The position numbers and the translations under genes were made by a program. A stretch of DNA of 64,000 bases, taken from assembly GCA_951406725.2 (NCBI GenBank), contig OX597814.1, positions 182,590,001-182,654,000 of the forward strand. Reading direction: 5' to 3'. The notes under the pieces were generated by a model. The model ran no database searches. It was not told the DNA's origin and was given only the letters and a program-made list of their open reading frames with translations. Every line of letters begins with the position of its first letter. Position 1 is the first letter of the stretch. Origin of the DNA: Octopus vulgaris (taxonomy: Eukaryota). Below are positions 11,437-24,884 of the stretch, one piece after another.

Positions 11437-11808
11437 GGATCTTTTCGGTTTGAACGGCAGTTTTTAATGTGTTTATAAAACATCTTTTTCTCTTGGCTTT
11501 ATTGAGAAAATTCTATAGTTTGTAAGATATTTGTTGTTTTTTTTTTTTTCTTAAATTTCTGCAATTTCAACCAATCAATGACCGTCTATTGAGGTGAAAA
11601 CATTCTGTGCCGTATGAATATGTCCCTCGTTTAAGAAACAGATTGGGTTTATTTACATTTCTGAAGAAAAAAATATACCCTCCCCCCACCCCTAACCCTA
11701 ACCCTAAAATAGATTGAAATGCAATAGATTGATACTAGGGTCATAATTATGGGTGACAATTTCACATGACACCGCTAGAAAAAACTGCCATTCAAACTGA
11801 AAAGATCC
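11437..11808. mobile_element. MITE family M1 (Merlin-like: GG-starting TIR, 8-bp TSD)
   Basis: TIR GGATCTTTTCGGTTTGAACGGCAGTTTTT; internal (CCCTAA)n. Confidence 0.85.
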
Positions 11809-13393
11809 CCCAATTTGTTAGTAGTTTGAAAAAAAAGATTAACCCTCATAAATGTTAATATAATCTCAACTCAAAGAATCTCTGATTTTACTTATTTTTT
11901 TTCTCATTGATTTACATAGTAAAGCATTAGAACAATTGACCAGGTACCTTTTATAGTATCTAGTTTAAATATTCTGCGTTTCTACATTCAGAAATACTAC
12001 AGAATTGAGTTAAGTGTTTAACAGTCATCATCATTTCATGTCCATTTTCCATGCTGACCAGCTGAAAGGCTGTTCAGGTTCCATGTCTGTTTTTGGTACA
12101 GTTTCTATGTTTGGATGCCCTTCCTAATGCCAACAACTTTACAGAAGTACTTTTACATAGCACCGGCATGGGTGCTTTTTCTGTGGCACCAGCACTTATA
12201 AATCCATAAGATTAGGGATGCTCAGCTGGAGAGGGTTGCAGGGGACAAGCCTGTATGCAAGGGCTACCATGCTTTTACTTAGCTTGATGTGTTTTTTCAA
12301 GCACAGCAAACTGCCAGGAGTTTCAGTCCCCTGTCATCTGCTCTGTGTGTCCCAACATCTATAGATCTTTTCTCACCACTTCATCCCATATCTTCCTGGG
12401 TCTACTCCTTCCACATTTTCCCTCTACAATTAGAGATCAGCACCTCTTGATGCAACTGTTCTCATTCATATGCATTCTGAGTTCGTGTTCTTCCTGGGTA
12501 AATCTTTGCCTTTCATCCCTCCACTTCTATAAAACAGCTATCAGACAGGCATTGAGTTGCATTCAATTAATTGTACCCTTCCTTCAAGTATGGCTGCATA
12601 GTTAAGAGGTGTACTTTGTAGCCTTGTGGTTTCAGGTTCTGTCCCGCTGCACAGCACCTTGGGGAAGAATCTTCTGTTATAACCCTGGGCTGACCAGTAC
12701 CTTGTGAGTAAATTTGATAGACAGAAACTATGGAAGTTCATTGCATATGTTTGTGCAAATGTGCATGAACGTTGGTATTCCACAGTTTTGCTTGTCACTG
12801 CTTTTGCAAAAAAGTTTGTGTTCATTGTTTACATTATGGCTTGTTGCTCTGCACTTTCAAAGGTGCATGGAATAAAATTAACAATTACCTGTTGAAAAAC
12901 AGGTAACTGTTCGTTATAGAAAGTGCATCCTGCTCTAAGATCCTGCTTTAGCTAAGCCCCCACTCAACCTGTAATCTGCATGGGAAAATGGGACTGAATG
13001 AATACTATTACCTCTCAGAATGGGATTAATTGGCTGCAGCTGTTTGGGTTCTGGCTATTTGGCATAGCTGTTTGGGCATTAAATCTGATTTGACAATGGC
13101 TTTTTTAGTGATAGACTATTTAGCACAGAAAGCAAACATACACACATACTCACACAGAAAGTGAGGGAGAGAGAGAGATAGACAGACATTGAACTGTTAT
13201 ACATAAAGAACGGAGAAAAAGCGATTGCACCTGATACACTGCATCTTGATGAGAGGGTTTGGTGGTGTTACAATGACCTAACAACATCCATTCTTTATTA
13301 TTGTATACACATATCTTTATGTTTGCACATGAACACTTCAGTTAATATTTTTATTGATTGCAACTATAATTTTGAGGGTTTTTTTTTCCCTAG

Positions 13394-13787
13394 ACTTTGA
13401 AAACCAGCAAAGATGATGCTGAAACACCAGCTTCTGTGGAGGAGGATACTGAGAAAAATGAAAATGTCGATGAGGTGGAGCCTTTTGAAGAGACACCTGA
13501 GGTAGCTGACGAAAAAGAGGATGAAGAAGAAATAGAAAATAAAGAAACATATGAAGATGAAGATGAAAATGCTATAGATGTAGACGATGATTCTGATAAT
13601 AGTTCTTCAACATCATCATCGTCAGCCTCATCATCATCATCGTCGTCATCATCTACAGAAAGCAGTGATGATGAGTCAGAAGATTCAAAACTCAAGAACT
13701 CTAACGATGTTCCGATGGATGTAGATTTGGATGATTTTGAGAACATAATTAAACAAAAGCTGGAAACATTGGAAAGTTTAGATAATG
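13394..13787 (+). CDS. PRPF4B: PRP4 kinase exon (acidic/poly-Ser region)
   Basis: ttccctag acceptor and gtaaat donor; open frame, phase 0 in and phase 1 out; ends DDFENIIKQKLETLESLDN. Confidence 0.85.
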
Positions 13788-14032
13788 GTAAATATTCTCT
13801 TTTCATAACGAGTGAAAGAAAGTTCAAGTGGGATGTGTTTCTTTGATACAGCCAACATTTGCATAAATGTATTTGTGTAAACGGTGGTGCCCCAGCCTGG
13901 CTGCAGTCCTCAGACTGAAACTTAATACATTACAGCGTATTATTATAAAAATGTTACTTAATCATTAAATTCCAGTAATGCAGGTATTGTGAAAGTCCTC
14001 ATTGATATAGGAAGTGTGTGTCACTGACATCA

Positions 14033-14425
14033 ACTCTTTTACATGTTTCAGTCATTTGACTGCGGCCATGCTGGAGCACTGCCTTTAGTCAAGCAAATCG
14101 ACCCCAGGACTTATTATTTGTAAGCCTAGTACTTATTCTATCGGTCTCTTTTGCCGAACCGCTAAGTTACGGGGACGTAAACACACCAGCATCGGTTGTC
14201 AAGCGATGTTGGGGAGACAAACACAGACACACAAACATATATATATATATATATACATATATATGACGGGCTTCTTTCAGTTTCCGTCTACCAAATCCAC
14301 TCACAAGGCTTTGGTCGGCCCGAAGCTATAGTAGAAGACACTTGCCCAAGGTGCCACGCAGTGGGACTGAACCCGGAAACATGTGGTTAGTAAGCATGCT
14401 ACTTACACACAGGCACTCCTGCGCC
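14033..14425 (-). mobile_element. SINE family A
   Basis: Reverse complement of the family consensus. Confidence 0.9.
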
Positions 14426-14651
14426 TGTCTGTATTGACTGAGAAGTAAAATCAATGCATTAAGTATGCAAGTATGGAGCAGAGTGATTGGGCCAAGAGAG
14501 AGAGAAAGAGATCCATCGATAAGTATAGACGTGTGTTGGTGAAAGTTGTTAACAATGAAAATGATTTTAGTTCTGGCAATCGATTGAATAAGAGATAGTG
14601 TGGAAGAGAAGTATCGGAGTGTAGGAAACTGGCAGATGTATGTTAGAGCAT

Positions 14652-15149
14652 TTAACCCTTTCGATACCAACCTGGATGAAACCGCCTCTAGCTCTGTAGT
14701 ACAAATATCTTGTTTTTCTAAGGTTTAAATTAAAATCTTCCACCAAACCTTAGTCATAATTTATGTTCCTAACACTAGCTTAATGATGATGATGATCATC
14801 ATCATCGTTTAGCGTCCGTTTTCCATGCTAGCATGGGTTGGACGGTTCTACGGGGTCTGTGAAGCCAGAAGGCTTCATCAGGCCCGTCAAATCTGGCAGT
14901 GTTTCTACGGCTGGATGCCCTTCCTAACGCCAACCACTCCGTGAGTGTAGTGGGTGCTTTTTACGTGCCACCTGCACAGGTGCCAGACAGAGCTGGCAAA
15001 CGGCCACGAACGGATGGTGCTTTTTATGTGCCACCGGCACGAGGGCCAGGTGAGGCTGGCAGTTATTTTACTAAATTCTTTGTTATCTTCAAAATTAATT
15101 GAAAGAAACACAGAGCATCTCAAAATAAATATGGTAACGAAAGGGTTAA
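14652..15149. mobile_element. piggyBac-like MITE P1 with a nested RTE tail (about 14793-15060, minus)
   Basis: TTAA-CCCTTTCG...CGAAAGGG-TTAA ends. Confidence 0.8.
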
Positions 15150-15292
15150 AGCTTCAATAAATCTATGTTAAAATAACTAGTCTACATTCATTGGATGCTT
15201 GATACTGTTAGGGAAGACAGTCTTCAGGAAGTTTCATTGTAAGTTGGTTTAAAATGATTTCTGCTTAATTTATGTCTCGATTTATTTCTTAT

Positions 15293-15902
15293 TTAACCCT
15301 TTAGAATTCAGATTACTTTGTCGACAGTGATATTTATTTACTCTTTTACTTGTTTCAGTCATTTGACTGCAGCCATGCTGGAGCACCGTCTTTTAGTCGA
15401 GCAAATCAATCCCAGGACTTATTCTTTGTAAGCCTAGTACTTATTCTATCGGTGTCTATTGCCGAACCGCTAAGTTACGGGGACATAAACACACCAGCAT
15501 TGGCTGTCAAGAGATGTCGGGGTGGACAAACATAGACACACTAACATATACACACACACACATATATAGACAACGGGCTTCTTTCAGTTTCCGTCTACTA
15601 AATCCACTCACAAGGCTTTGGTCGGCCCAAGGCTATAGTAGAAGACACTTGCCCAAGGTGCCATGCTGTGGGACTGAACCCGGAACCATGTGGTTGGTAA
15701 GCAAGCTACTTACCACACAGCCACTCCTACTTTTTAAAAAATTTACCATGTATTATCTTGTAGCTTGAAGATTTTGATGATGTGATAATTTATTTTTAGA
15801 TTAACATTGTAGGGTAGGTGTGAGAGGCTGGATTTGGCCAGCTTCAACGTAAAAACAGAATATTTTGGCTGGATGTGACTGGTTTAAGTGCTAAAGGGTT
15901 AA
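15293..15902. mobile_element. piggyBac-like MITE P2 with a nested SINE A (about 15340-15729, minus)
   Basis: TTAACCCTTTAG...CTAAAGGGTTAA ends. Confidence 0.75.
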
Positions 15903-17146
15903 TCAGATCTTAATGGATTATGTAAAAGGATTAACGAACTTGCTAAGTGTGTCCATTTGTTTCTTTTAATAGTAGAACATATAAATCATTCTTTTTGTCA
16001 TATGCTATCAACTTGTCTTGTTATAAGGTATGGCTAATATAAATATAACAAATGTGCTCTCCAGAGCATTAATTAAATGGTTTCTTTCGCAGCAGTATCA
16101 ACCTTTACTAAGGATTATTGTTAATCATTTTATCGCATTTGTCTCATGTCCTTCCTGCTTCTGATCTCCTTAAAGATTCATCAGACAAATAAGGCATTCA
16201 CAATTCTAATTACTTTTAGTTTTCACTCATAATTTTCCATGCCTTTTTCAGCAGCTCATTGTCTCTCGTGTATTCCATTTCCAATCAGACTGCACATTAT
16301 GTGTATTGAGGCGCTGGGATGACTTGTGTAATTCCTAGTAAGTTGGTTCTGTGTTTGCTAAATTTGTATTCTTCTCTTGGTAGATCAAATATTTGTGAGT
16401 TTTTCTGCTAATTTATAAAAAAAAAAAATATCATCAAATATTTGTGAGTTTTTCTGCTAATTTTTTTAAAAAAAATATCATCATGGCGGTGCCCCAGCAT
16501 GGCCACAGCTCATGAGCTGAAACTGGAAAAATCAAAATCATCATAGAAGGTTGGCTCAGATCTTTCTTCTCAGTAAATTCATCTACGAGGGGGTCCTGAA
16601 AAGTTCTTGGCTTTGGGTAAAAGATAATATAAGAGGATCAGTTAATTATGATTTTATCCAACATATTCCCCTTGTCCCCCTCTATGTTTAGCCCCTTGTG
16701 GGCAATAAAGAAATAAGAAACTGAACGAAGCCTGTCATGTGTCTGTGTATCTGTGTTTGTCCCCCTCCCCACTGCTTGACAACTGGTGTTGGTGTGTTTA
16801 TGTCCCTGTATGTTTGGCTTAATCCCTTCAAGGCGGTGCCCCAGCATGGCCGCTGTCGGATGACTGATGCAAGTAAAAGATAATGCTTTAACAACGTCAA
16901 AAGACATTTGCAACTTTGGAAGTCAGACAAATAAAGGATCCATTACACCAAATTTTATATATGATTCAGGTTTTAGTTTGTATGCTTTTTTTTTACTTTT
17001 TGTATTCCAAAGAGTAGATACCAATAACTACTACAAGGAACTTAAATATTAATGATACCAAGTTTGGTAGAAAATCATATTTAAATGGTTTGAAACTGTT
17101 GCCTTCTTCCTTTCATTTAATATCAAATAAATGTATTTATGTATTC

Positions 17147-17446
17147 CTAGCAGTATCGCCCGGCGTTGCTCGGATTTGTAAGGGAAATAACTATATAAGC
17201 ATTTTTAGAGAGTTACTTCCCTTATATAACCCAAGAAAAAATTATGCGGAAAAATTATGGTAAATTTTTTTTTAAATCGTAGACTCATCGTAGACGCACG
17301 CTAATACCCAGAAGGGCTCGATATGAATGACGACTATAAGATACCCGCTTTTGGTTAAACTGCACTGCAAAATGTGGGAGTAGTTAGGAATCTAAATTGG
17401 AGGAGACAGAGTCTCACACACACAACTTCAATTTTATATATAAAGA
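17147..17446 (-). mobile_element. Non-autonomous Helitron-like element
   Basis: Minus strand starts TCTTTATATATAAAA and ends with the GC-rich subterminal segment CCGAGCAACGCCGGGCG followed by CTAG; no TIR or TSD. Confidence 0.75.
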
Positions 17447-17573
17447 TATTATTCTAAATATTAGCTTGCCTTTTCTTTAAATGCTAACTTTTTTTTTCTA
17501 ATTTTCAGTTCTCCATCACTGTTTGTTAATATATAATGGTATATTTGATTGTTTTCCTTTGTTTTTCCTAAAG

Positions 17574-17689
17574 ATTCTGAACCCTTGTTACAACCTTCAC
17601 TCAATGACTCATTATCTAACAAGAAGGCTGTGCCGGTGAGGTCAGGAATTGACATGTTTGCAGAAAATGAAACTCTAGATGAATACCAT
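17574..17689 (+). CDS. PRPF4B: PRP4 kinase exon (...GIDMFAENETLDEYH)
   Basis: Pyrimidine tract plus aag acceptor, gtaaga donor; conserved DMF motif. Confidence 0.85.
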
Positions 17690-17807
17690 GTAAGAATAAC
17701 TCGTGTATTCTGTTCATAAACATATCTATGTGCTTATATATGCGTTTTTAATTATGAGTATTTTCATGTAGCTGTATGCATGGTAGCAATGGTATAAGTA
17801 TCTTTAA

Positions 17808-18038
17808 GGCGGTGAGCTGGCAGAATTGTTAGCACGTCGGGCGAAATGCTTAGCAGTATTTCTTCTGCCGCTACGTTCTGAGTTCAAATTCCGCCGAGGT
17901 TGACTTTGCCTTTCATCCTTTCGGGGTCGATTAAATAAGTACCAGTTACGCACTGGGGTCGGTATAATCAACTTAATCCGTTTGTCTGTCCTTGTTTGAC
18001 CTCTCTGTGTTTAGCCCCTTGTGGGTAGTAAAGAAATA
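17808..18038 (+). mobile_element. tRNA-derived SINE family B
   Basis: Head GGCGGTGAGCTGGCAGAA, B box GAGTTCAAATTCC, tail GCCCCTTGTGGGTAGTAAAGAAATA; TSD-like GGTATAAGTA(T/C)CTTTA. Confidence 0.88.
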
Positions 18039-18364
18039 GGTATAAGTACCTTTATGAAGTTGTATGTGTGGTGGTAGTTTTTACAATTCTATAGTAAGTC
18101 TTGTAACCACTCAACTGTGAAATGGGTATTTTTATAAATGAAGCAGACTAACAAAGATATGGATCCTGCTCATTGACAGAACACAATGTTCATACCCAAC
18201 TATGAAACCGAACACGCTCAAGTAAAATAGATTTTGTTACAGGTCAGGCTGACTGTAACAAGAAGCGTTGTCAGCTTTCAGGTTTCAACTTATGTGGGTT
18301 AGTAGACCAGCATCTGAACCCCACAGCAGTTGTACTACTTTTGAAAATGTTTATTGTTTTATCT

Positions 18365-18942
18365 AGCTGCTTGCGAAGACCTGTTGAGGCAAGTGAAATC
18401 AAAATCAAATTTGATGACTGACATTCGTGCTAGCAGGGTGCAAAGAGCACCATATGAGCGTGATCATTGACAGAGTGGCTAACCGGCTTCCATGCCAGTG
18501 GCACATAAAAGGCACCATTCGAGTGTGATCGTTACCAGCGTCGCCTTACTGGCACTTGAGCCCTGTGCTAGTAGGGTGTTAAGAGCACCATCCGAGCATG
18601 ATCGTTGCCAGAGCGGCTATCTGGCCTCCGTGCTGGTGGCACGTAAAAGGCACCATTCGAGTGTGATCGTTACCAGCTATGCCTTACTGGCACCTGTGCC
18701 GGTGGCATGTGTAAAAGATTCGAGCGAGGTCGTTGCCAGTACCGCCTGACTGGCCCCGTGTTGGTGGCACGTAAAAAGCACCCGCTACACTCTCAGAGTG
18801 GTTGGCATTAGGAAGGGCATCCAGCTGTAGAAACTCTGCCAGATCAAGATTGAAGCATGGTGCAGCCATCTGCTTCACCAGCCCTCAGTCAAATCGTCCA
18901 ACCCATGCTAGCAGGGGAAGCGGACGTTAAACAATGATGATG
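18365..18942 (+). mobile_element. RTE 3' UTR/tail fragment with internal tandem units
   Basis: GTGGCACGTAAAA repeats, GGAAGGGCATCCAGCTGTAG and a (GAT)n end. Confidence 0.8.
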
Positions 18943-19051
18943 CCCATTTATTTTTAAAATGAGCATAAACAGTATTAAATAAATGATTGCTTTAATTACA
19001 AATTCAAGACTAACAGTCTACTAATCTGTTGGGACCTGTTTTGTATTTCAG

Positions 19052-19136
19052 GATGTTTGTGTGGCAAACTATACTGGTGCTGTTCATGAAAACCCAAGTC
19101 TGACAGATAACTGGGATGATGCTGAAGGATACTACA
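19052..19136 (+). CDS. PRPF4B: PRP4 kinase exon (ENPSLTDNWDDAEGYY)
   Basis: Signature motif; tttcag and gtaagt splice sites. Confidence 0.95.
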
Positions 19137-20603
19137 GTAAGTTGACATTATATTCTTTAATTAGTGTCTTTCCAAAAGAGGTTGTTAATTGACATCACTT
19201 GAACAAAAGAGATGCAGTATATTGTATTGACATAATTATTTGGTCCCCACACCCAGACGAAAGCAAAGTTCATCTCAAAAGTAGATACGGTCATACATTT
19301 AGTTTAGGCTTAATTAAGGTCATTTCCTATACTTTTACATTTTGTAAGTTAATACCTCCAAAATCATGGGAATCAGATGTTAAATCTATGATAAGAATTT
19401 ATATAACTCAATGTAATTAGTCATGTTTTTGTTATTTTCTGTATTTAATTATTTCTCAACCCCTTTTCAATCATTGTCAACCTCCTTTCATAGCCCACTA
19501 TCAATACCCCCTCCACCTTTATCATCCTACTTAGTATGGCCACAGTCATCTATTTCTGGTCCTCATCTCTGCCATAATTCATCATCCTCCCACCAACTTC
19601 ATTGTCAGATTGCTACTCCCCACAATTGCGCTTTCCACAATTTCTCCTTCCGGATCCACTTCTGTCATTCTCACCCCTGCCTCCAAACTGATATTTACAA
19701 TCAACCACACCTTCAGCCTCTTTCATTACTCTCTACATCCAGGGTTAGTCCAATTTCTACCGCTCTGTCACTCTCTTCCCACATTCTCATGAAATTACTT
19801 ATCCTTTCTTTCCCTCCCGATCCACAATTTAGACTTTCCCTTATACTTGCCTTGTACCTTGTGAGTTATGCTCTGGCCTCCCATTACCATCATCTTTAGT
19901 TCCCTTTCACTCTCACATAATGCTGGGAAGTCATGTATCTCCTTTATAGTAAGACATCTGTGCTAATTTCTCTATCATAGTTTAGCCTTGAACACTTTGC
20001 TTAAAAGTAATTTCCATCTCTCTCTCAAATACTCCCACTTAGATGTGGTGTCTTTTTGTTTTTCCTTTCTTTACTATGTCTTACATGTTACTTTGGTGTA
20101 ATGGAAAAAAGCACTCAGTAATGTGGTTGGTGTTAGGAAGAGCATTGAGCCATAGAAAGTACGCCAAAGTTGACATTTGGGCCTGATGCAGTGGCTCGTT
20201 GGACCCTGTCAAACCATCCAACCCATGTCATTTTGGCAAATGGATGTGAAATGATGATGGTGTTGGCAATGATGGTAATGGTGGTGGTGATGATGATTTT
20301 GTTAGAAATTTAACCTGTTTTTAAATATCCATTTGTTTTTTTTTCATGTTTGCTTAGTGTAGGATTATTTCTTTTTCAAAACAATTGTTTTTTATGATTG
20401 AATGTCCCTCCTACTAATAATCACTCAGCTGTGAAGAAAGAGTGGATTCCCATCTTTTCTTTTCTTTTTAAAGTTAGGGAAACTTGAGCATGCAAAACTA
20501 GGGTAACACCATAATCTCTGTTGTAAAACCTAAATAGTCAGTAGCCCACCTTTGTGTCCGTGTCGTTGTAAATGATATTTCATTGCTACCTATGCACAAC
20601 CAA

Positions 20604-21108
20604 GAGTTGTGACAGGCATTTGCCATATTCTGAACGCCTTACTTCCCTGGGCATAGATACATTGAAACTCCGACGTCTGGCAGCAGACTTGGCAGACACC
20701 CATAAAATTATTAACCATCTTACTAACAATAACTCTGAGCACCTTTTCAAACTCCATCTGTCTAACACCCGTGGACATGTTTACAAAGTCAGAAGACAGC
20801 ACAGTTCCCATGACTTTCGGAAACATTTTTTCACGCTAAGAGTTGCTGAAGCATGGAACAGACTGCCGGCATCAGTTGTTAGTTGTCGGAGCACTGCATC
20901 CTTCAAAACTTCCATGCTTCCTGAGATTCACCAGCACTACACCTGATTTTCTCCCCTCCATACACACACAAGCATGTATTTGACTCATACACTGTTCACT
21001 TTCCAGTCATTTGTACATTACTGCATATGCTTTATATGCACTTTTGAAAAGTTGTGGTGCACCTGAGCACTGTATACAATAATTTCATTATTATTAATAT
21101 TATTATTA
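20604..21108 (+). mobile_element. CR1-clade LINE 3' end
   Basis: LPYSERLTSLG..LKLRRL..DL, TRGHVYK and FFTLRVAEAWNRLP; (ATT)n tail. Confidence 0.88.
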
Positions 21109-21253
21109 AGATCAGTTAAGCATCAAATGTCTCATGGCATTTAGTTATGTCCCTTCACATTCTAAATTCAAATTCCACTGAGGTTGACTTACCTTTTATT
21201 CTTCCATAGTTGATAAAATAAAGTACTTTGTCAAGTACTGGTGTCAATATTAG

Positions 21254-21487
<234 letters not shown>

Positions 21488-21664
21488 TAAGTTTCATGTT
21501 TGTATTTAATAATTATCTTAATTTTGATCTATATAGAATTTATTATATAAAAAAACTTTTCCACAAATTTTCCTATATTACCTCTTTTTTTTTTAACTGT
21601 TTAGATTGCTCTTTCTTCAATATGACGAAATGGTGATGTGTACCTGAAAAAGGATTTAATACAA

Positions 21665-21975
21665 TTGCCAGCCTCGCCTGGCCTCTGTGCCGGTGGGACG
21701 TAAAAAGCACCATCCAATCATGGCCGTTTGCCAGCCTCGCCTGGCCTCCGTGCCGGTGCCACGTAAAAAGCACCATCCGATAGTGGCCGTTTGCCAGCCT
21801 CGTCTGGCACGTAAAAAGCACCCACTACACTCATGGAGTGGTTGGCGTTAGGAAGGGCATCCAGCCGTAGAAACATTGCCAGATTAGACTGGGCCTGGTG
21901 CAGCCTTCTGGCTTCCCAGACCCCAGTTGAACCGTCCAACCCATGCCAGCATGGAAAGCGGACGCTAAACGATGA
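21665..21975 (+). mobile_element. RTE 3' tail fragment
   Basis: Matches the 3' UTR of the RTE at 4120. Confidence 0.85.
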
Positions 21976-22740
21976 TTTTCAACATTTTAAATTGTCATAG
22001 AAAAATTATATTTTGTTGTTTAAGCTCATTAGGTGGCGAGCTGGCAGAATCATTAGCATGCTGGGCAAAATGCTTAGAGGCATTTTGTCCATCTTTATGT
22101 TCTGAGTTCAAATTCCACCGAGGTCGACTTTGCCTTTCATTCTTTTGGAGTTGATAAAATAAGTACCAATTAAGCACTGGGATCGATTTAATCAACTTCT
22201 CACTCCTTACAAATTTCAGACCTTGTGCCTATAGTAGAAAGAATTATTTAAGCTCATTAAAATTCTATTAAGTGGATAAAGAACTTGAATTATCTCCTTT
22301 AAAATTGCTTCATGTCTTACATACAGAGAAAGAGATATGCCGGGTAGATTTTATATTGTTAAGGTTATTTTTGTAAGTTTCAGATTTAAGAGTTTCCTAT
22401 ATTTAATTTTTTTTTTTTTAAAGTTTTACATAGTAAACTTTCTTTTTTAACTGAAAACATCAAAGGACAGGTCTCTTCAAGACATTTTCTTTTTTATATA
22501 TCATTGTCTATGATGTTTTGTAGTATATCTGAAGCTGGTGAGTTATGGTAAGAGACCTCACAGCTTATGGTTTACTGTAGTCGGAAGTGGCACATAAGAT
22601 TTTGAGTTCTTCCCTCACAGAAGACTTGGTCTAAATACTTTCAACAGAGTGGATTCTACCAGCCAGGAATGATGCTGGACTGAGTGATTGATCATATTTT
22701 AAAAGTGATTGATTCTTTTGTGTTTCTATTTAAAAGCTAC

Positions 22741-22969
22741 TTAACCCTTTTGTTACTGTATTTATTTTGAGATGCTCTGTGTTTCTTCCAATTATTTTAA
22801 ATATAACAAAGAATTTAGTAAAATAACATCGTTATCATTAAGCTAGTGTTAGGAACATAAATTGTGACTAAGATTTGGTGAAAGATTTGAATTCAAAACT
22901 TATGAAAACAAAACATTTATACTAAAGAGCCAGAGCCGGTTTCAGCCGGGTTGGTAACGAAAGGGTTAA
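22741..22969. mobile_element. piggyBac-like MITE P1
   Basis: TTAA-CCCTTT..GTTAC and GTAACGAAAGGG-TTAA ends. Confidence 0.85.
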
Positions 22970-23347
22970 ACATGAAAAACTCTTACAACAAGAAGGAAAT
23001 TAACTCTCTGGACTGAAATAAAAATAATCATCTCTATATAAATGGCAAAATGTCTGTGTGTGTGTGTCCTTTATACAAATCCACAATTTTTCAGTCTATG
23101 GTCATTCAAAACCATCCAAGGGTGGTTGTGCACATCTTTACATTTCCCCAGTCACCCTGCAAAACCATTAAAAAATCAATAGAAGTGACTTTTTTGTGAA
23201 TTTTCTATCCAAAACCCAATCAAAATGCTTGAAACTTGATACGCCAATTGAATGCCATAAAAATAAATGATACGCCATATTGAAAGTGAGTCAACATTTC
23301 TGATCTCCATGAAATTTCAAATAATTTTATGTTCAAAGTTTTAAAAA

Positions 23348-23556
23348 GGCGCAGGAGTGGCTGTGTGGTAAGTAGCTTGCTTACCAATCACATGGTTCCA
23401 GGTTCATTCCCACTGTGTGGCACCTTGGGCAAATGTCTTCTACTATAGCCTCAGGCCGACCGAAGCCTTGTGAGTGGATTTGGTAGATGGAAACTGAAAG
23501 AAGCCCATCGTATATATGTATGGCCGCAGTCAAATGACTGAAACAAGTAAAAAGAG
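23348..23556 (+). mobile_element. SINE family A, internally deleted
   Basis: The head is joined directly to the TGGCCGCAGTCAAATGACTG tail. Confidence 0.85.
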
Positions 23557-23814
23557 TTGTTGTTCAGTGTTACATTTTAGGTACTTGCAAACTGAATTAA
23601 GTATGCTTGGTGCAATATTTGTCTTTGGCTTAACCCTTTAGCATTTAAGTTTGCCATATGTGGCTCAAATATTATCTGTTACATGTTCAAATTGACCGGA
23701 TCCAACCTGTCACAACTACCTATAATATCATTCTAAAACTAAGCAGTTACATTACTGAAATCTCAAAGCTACAAAATAATGCATAATTAATTCAAAACAA
23801 TATGAATACCTTGG

Positions 23815-24240
23815 ATCGTAGGGTGACCTGCTGTGCTTCAGGAGACCTATTGAATTAAGTACATCAACATCAAAATAAATATCAAATGGAAATTGTAGTT
23901 GTGATACCTGTGCTGGTGGCACGTAAAAAGCACCATCCAAACGTGGCTGATGCCAGCGCTGCCTTGACTGGCTTCTGTGCTGGTGGCACGTAAAAAGCAC
24001 AAACCGATCGTGGCTGCTGCCAGCCTCCCCTGGCACCTGTGCTGGTGACACGTAAAAAGCACCCACTACACTCATGGAGTGGTTGGCATTAGGAAGGACA
24101 TCCAGCTGTAGAAACACTGCCAGATCGGACTGGAGCCTGGTGCAACCTCCTGGCTTCCCAGACCTCAGTTGAACCGTCCAACCCGTGCTAGCATGGAAAC
24201 CGGACGTTAAACGATGGTGATGATGATGACGATGATGATG
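23815..24240 (+). mobile_element. RTE 3' tail fragment nested in a P2-like MITE
   Basis: Tandem GGTGGCACGTAAAAAGCAC units and (GAT)n. Confidence 0.8.
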
Positions 24241-24521
24241 AATAGCCAAGAATTACATTTGACAGTAATCTGAATTTAGCATTCAGATTCCTCTGTCAAA
24301 TTGATCATACAATTTCAATTTTATGACTGCGATCTCAGTCAAAATAAGAAATAATTAAATTTCAGATGATGCAAAGAGAGTTGAGAGATGTGTTGTATGT
24401 TTACAAAGCATTTATGTGGAAAGTAATAAAGGAAAACAAAATGGGGTTGTTAATGATATATTTGATTTGTTCGTATGTAAATTGTTATTTTAATGCTCTA
24501 CAGCCATCTTTAATTTGATAA

Positions 24522-24674
<153 letters not shown>

Positions 24675-24884
24675 TAAGTAGTAACTCCAGTTTTCAAATC
24701 TCTTATATTATGTGAGATGTGTGACTTATATGAGATTATACAGTGAATGGTTGTTGAAGAATGAGTTGGAAGAGGAATATGTTCCATCGAATGCTTTGTG
24801 TTCATTTATGAGAAAACTCTTAAGTTAGGACTGCTACTGTATATCGAAAGAAAGATCACAGTATTGATAAATGCTATATATATA

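Noticed and set aside
13390-13827. 145-aa minus-strand Ser/Asp-rich ORF
   Set aside because: It is the antisense shadow of the low-complexity PRPF4B exon.
19423-19899. 158-aa Ser/Pro/His-rich ORF (also 47734-48042 and 32883-33481)
   Set aside because: The sequence is pyrimidine-rich or decayed repeat, with no recognisable domain or splice support.
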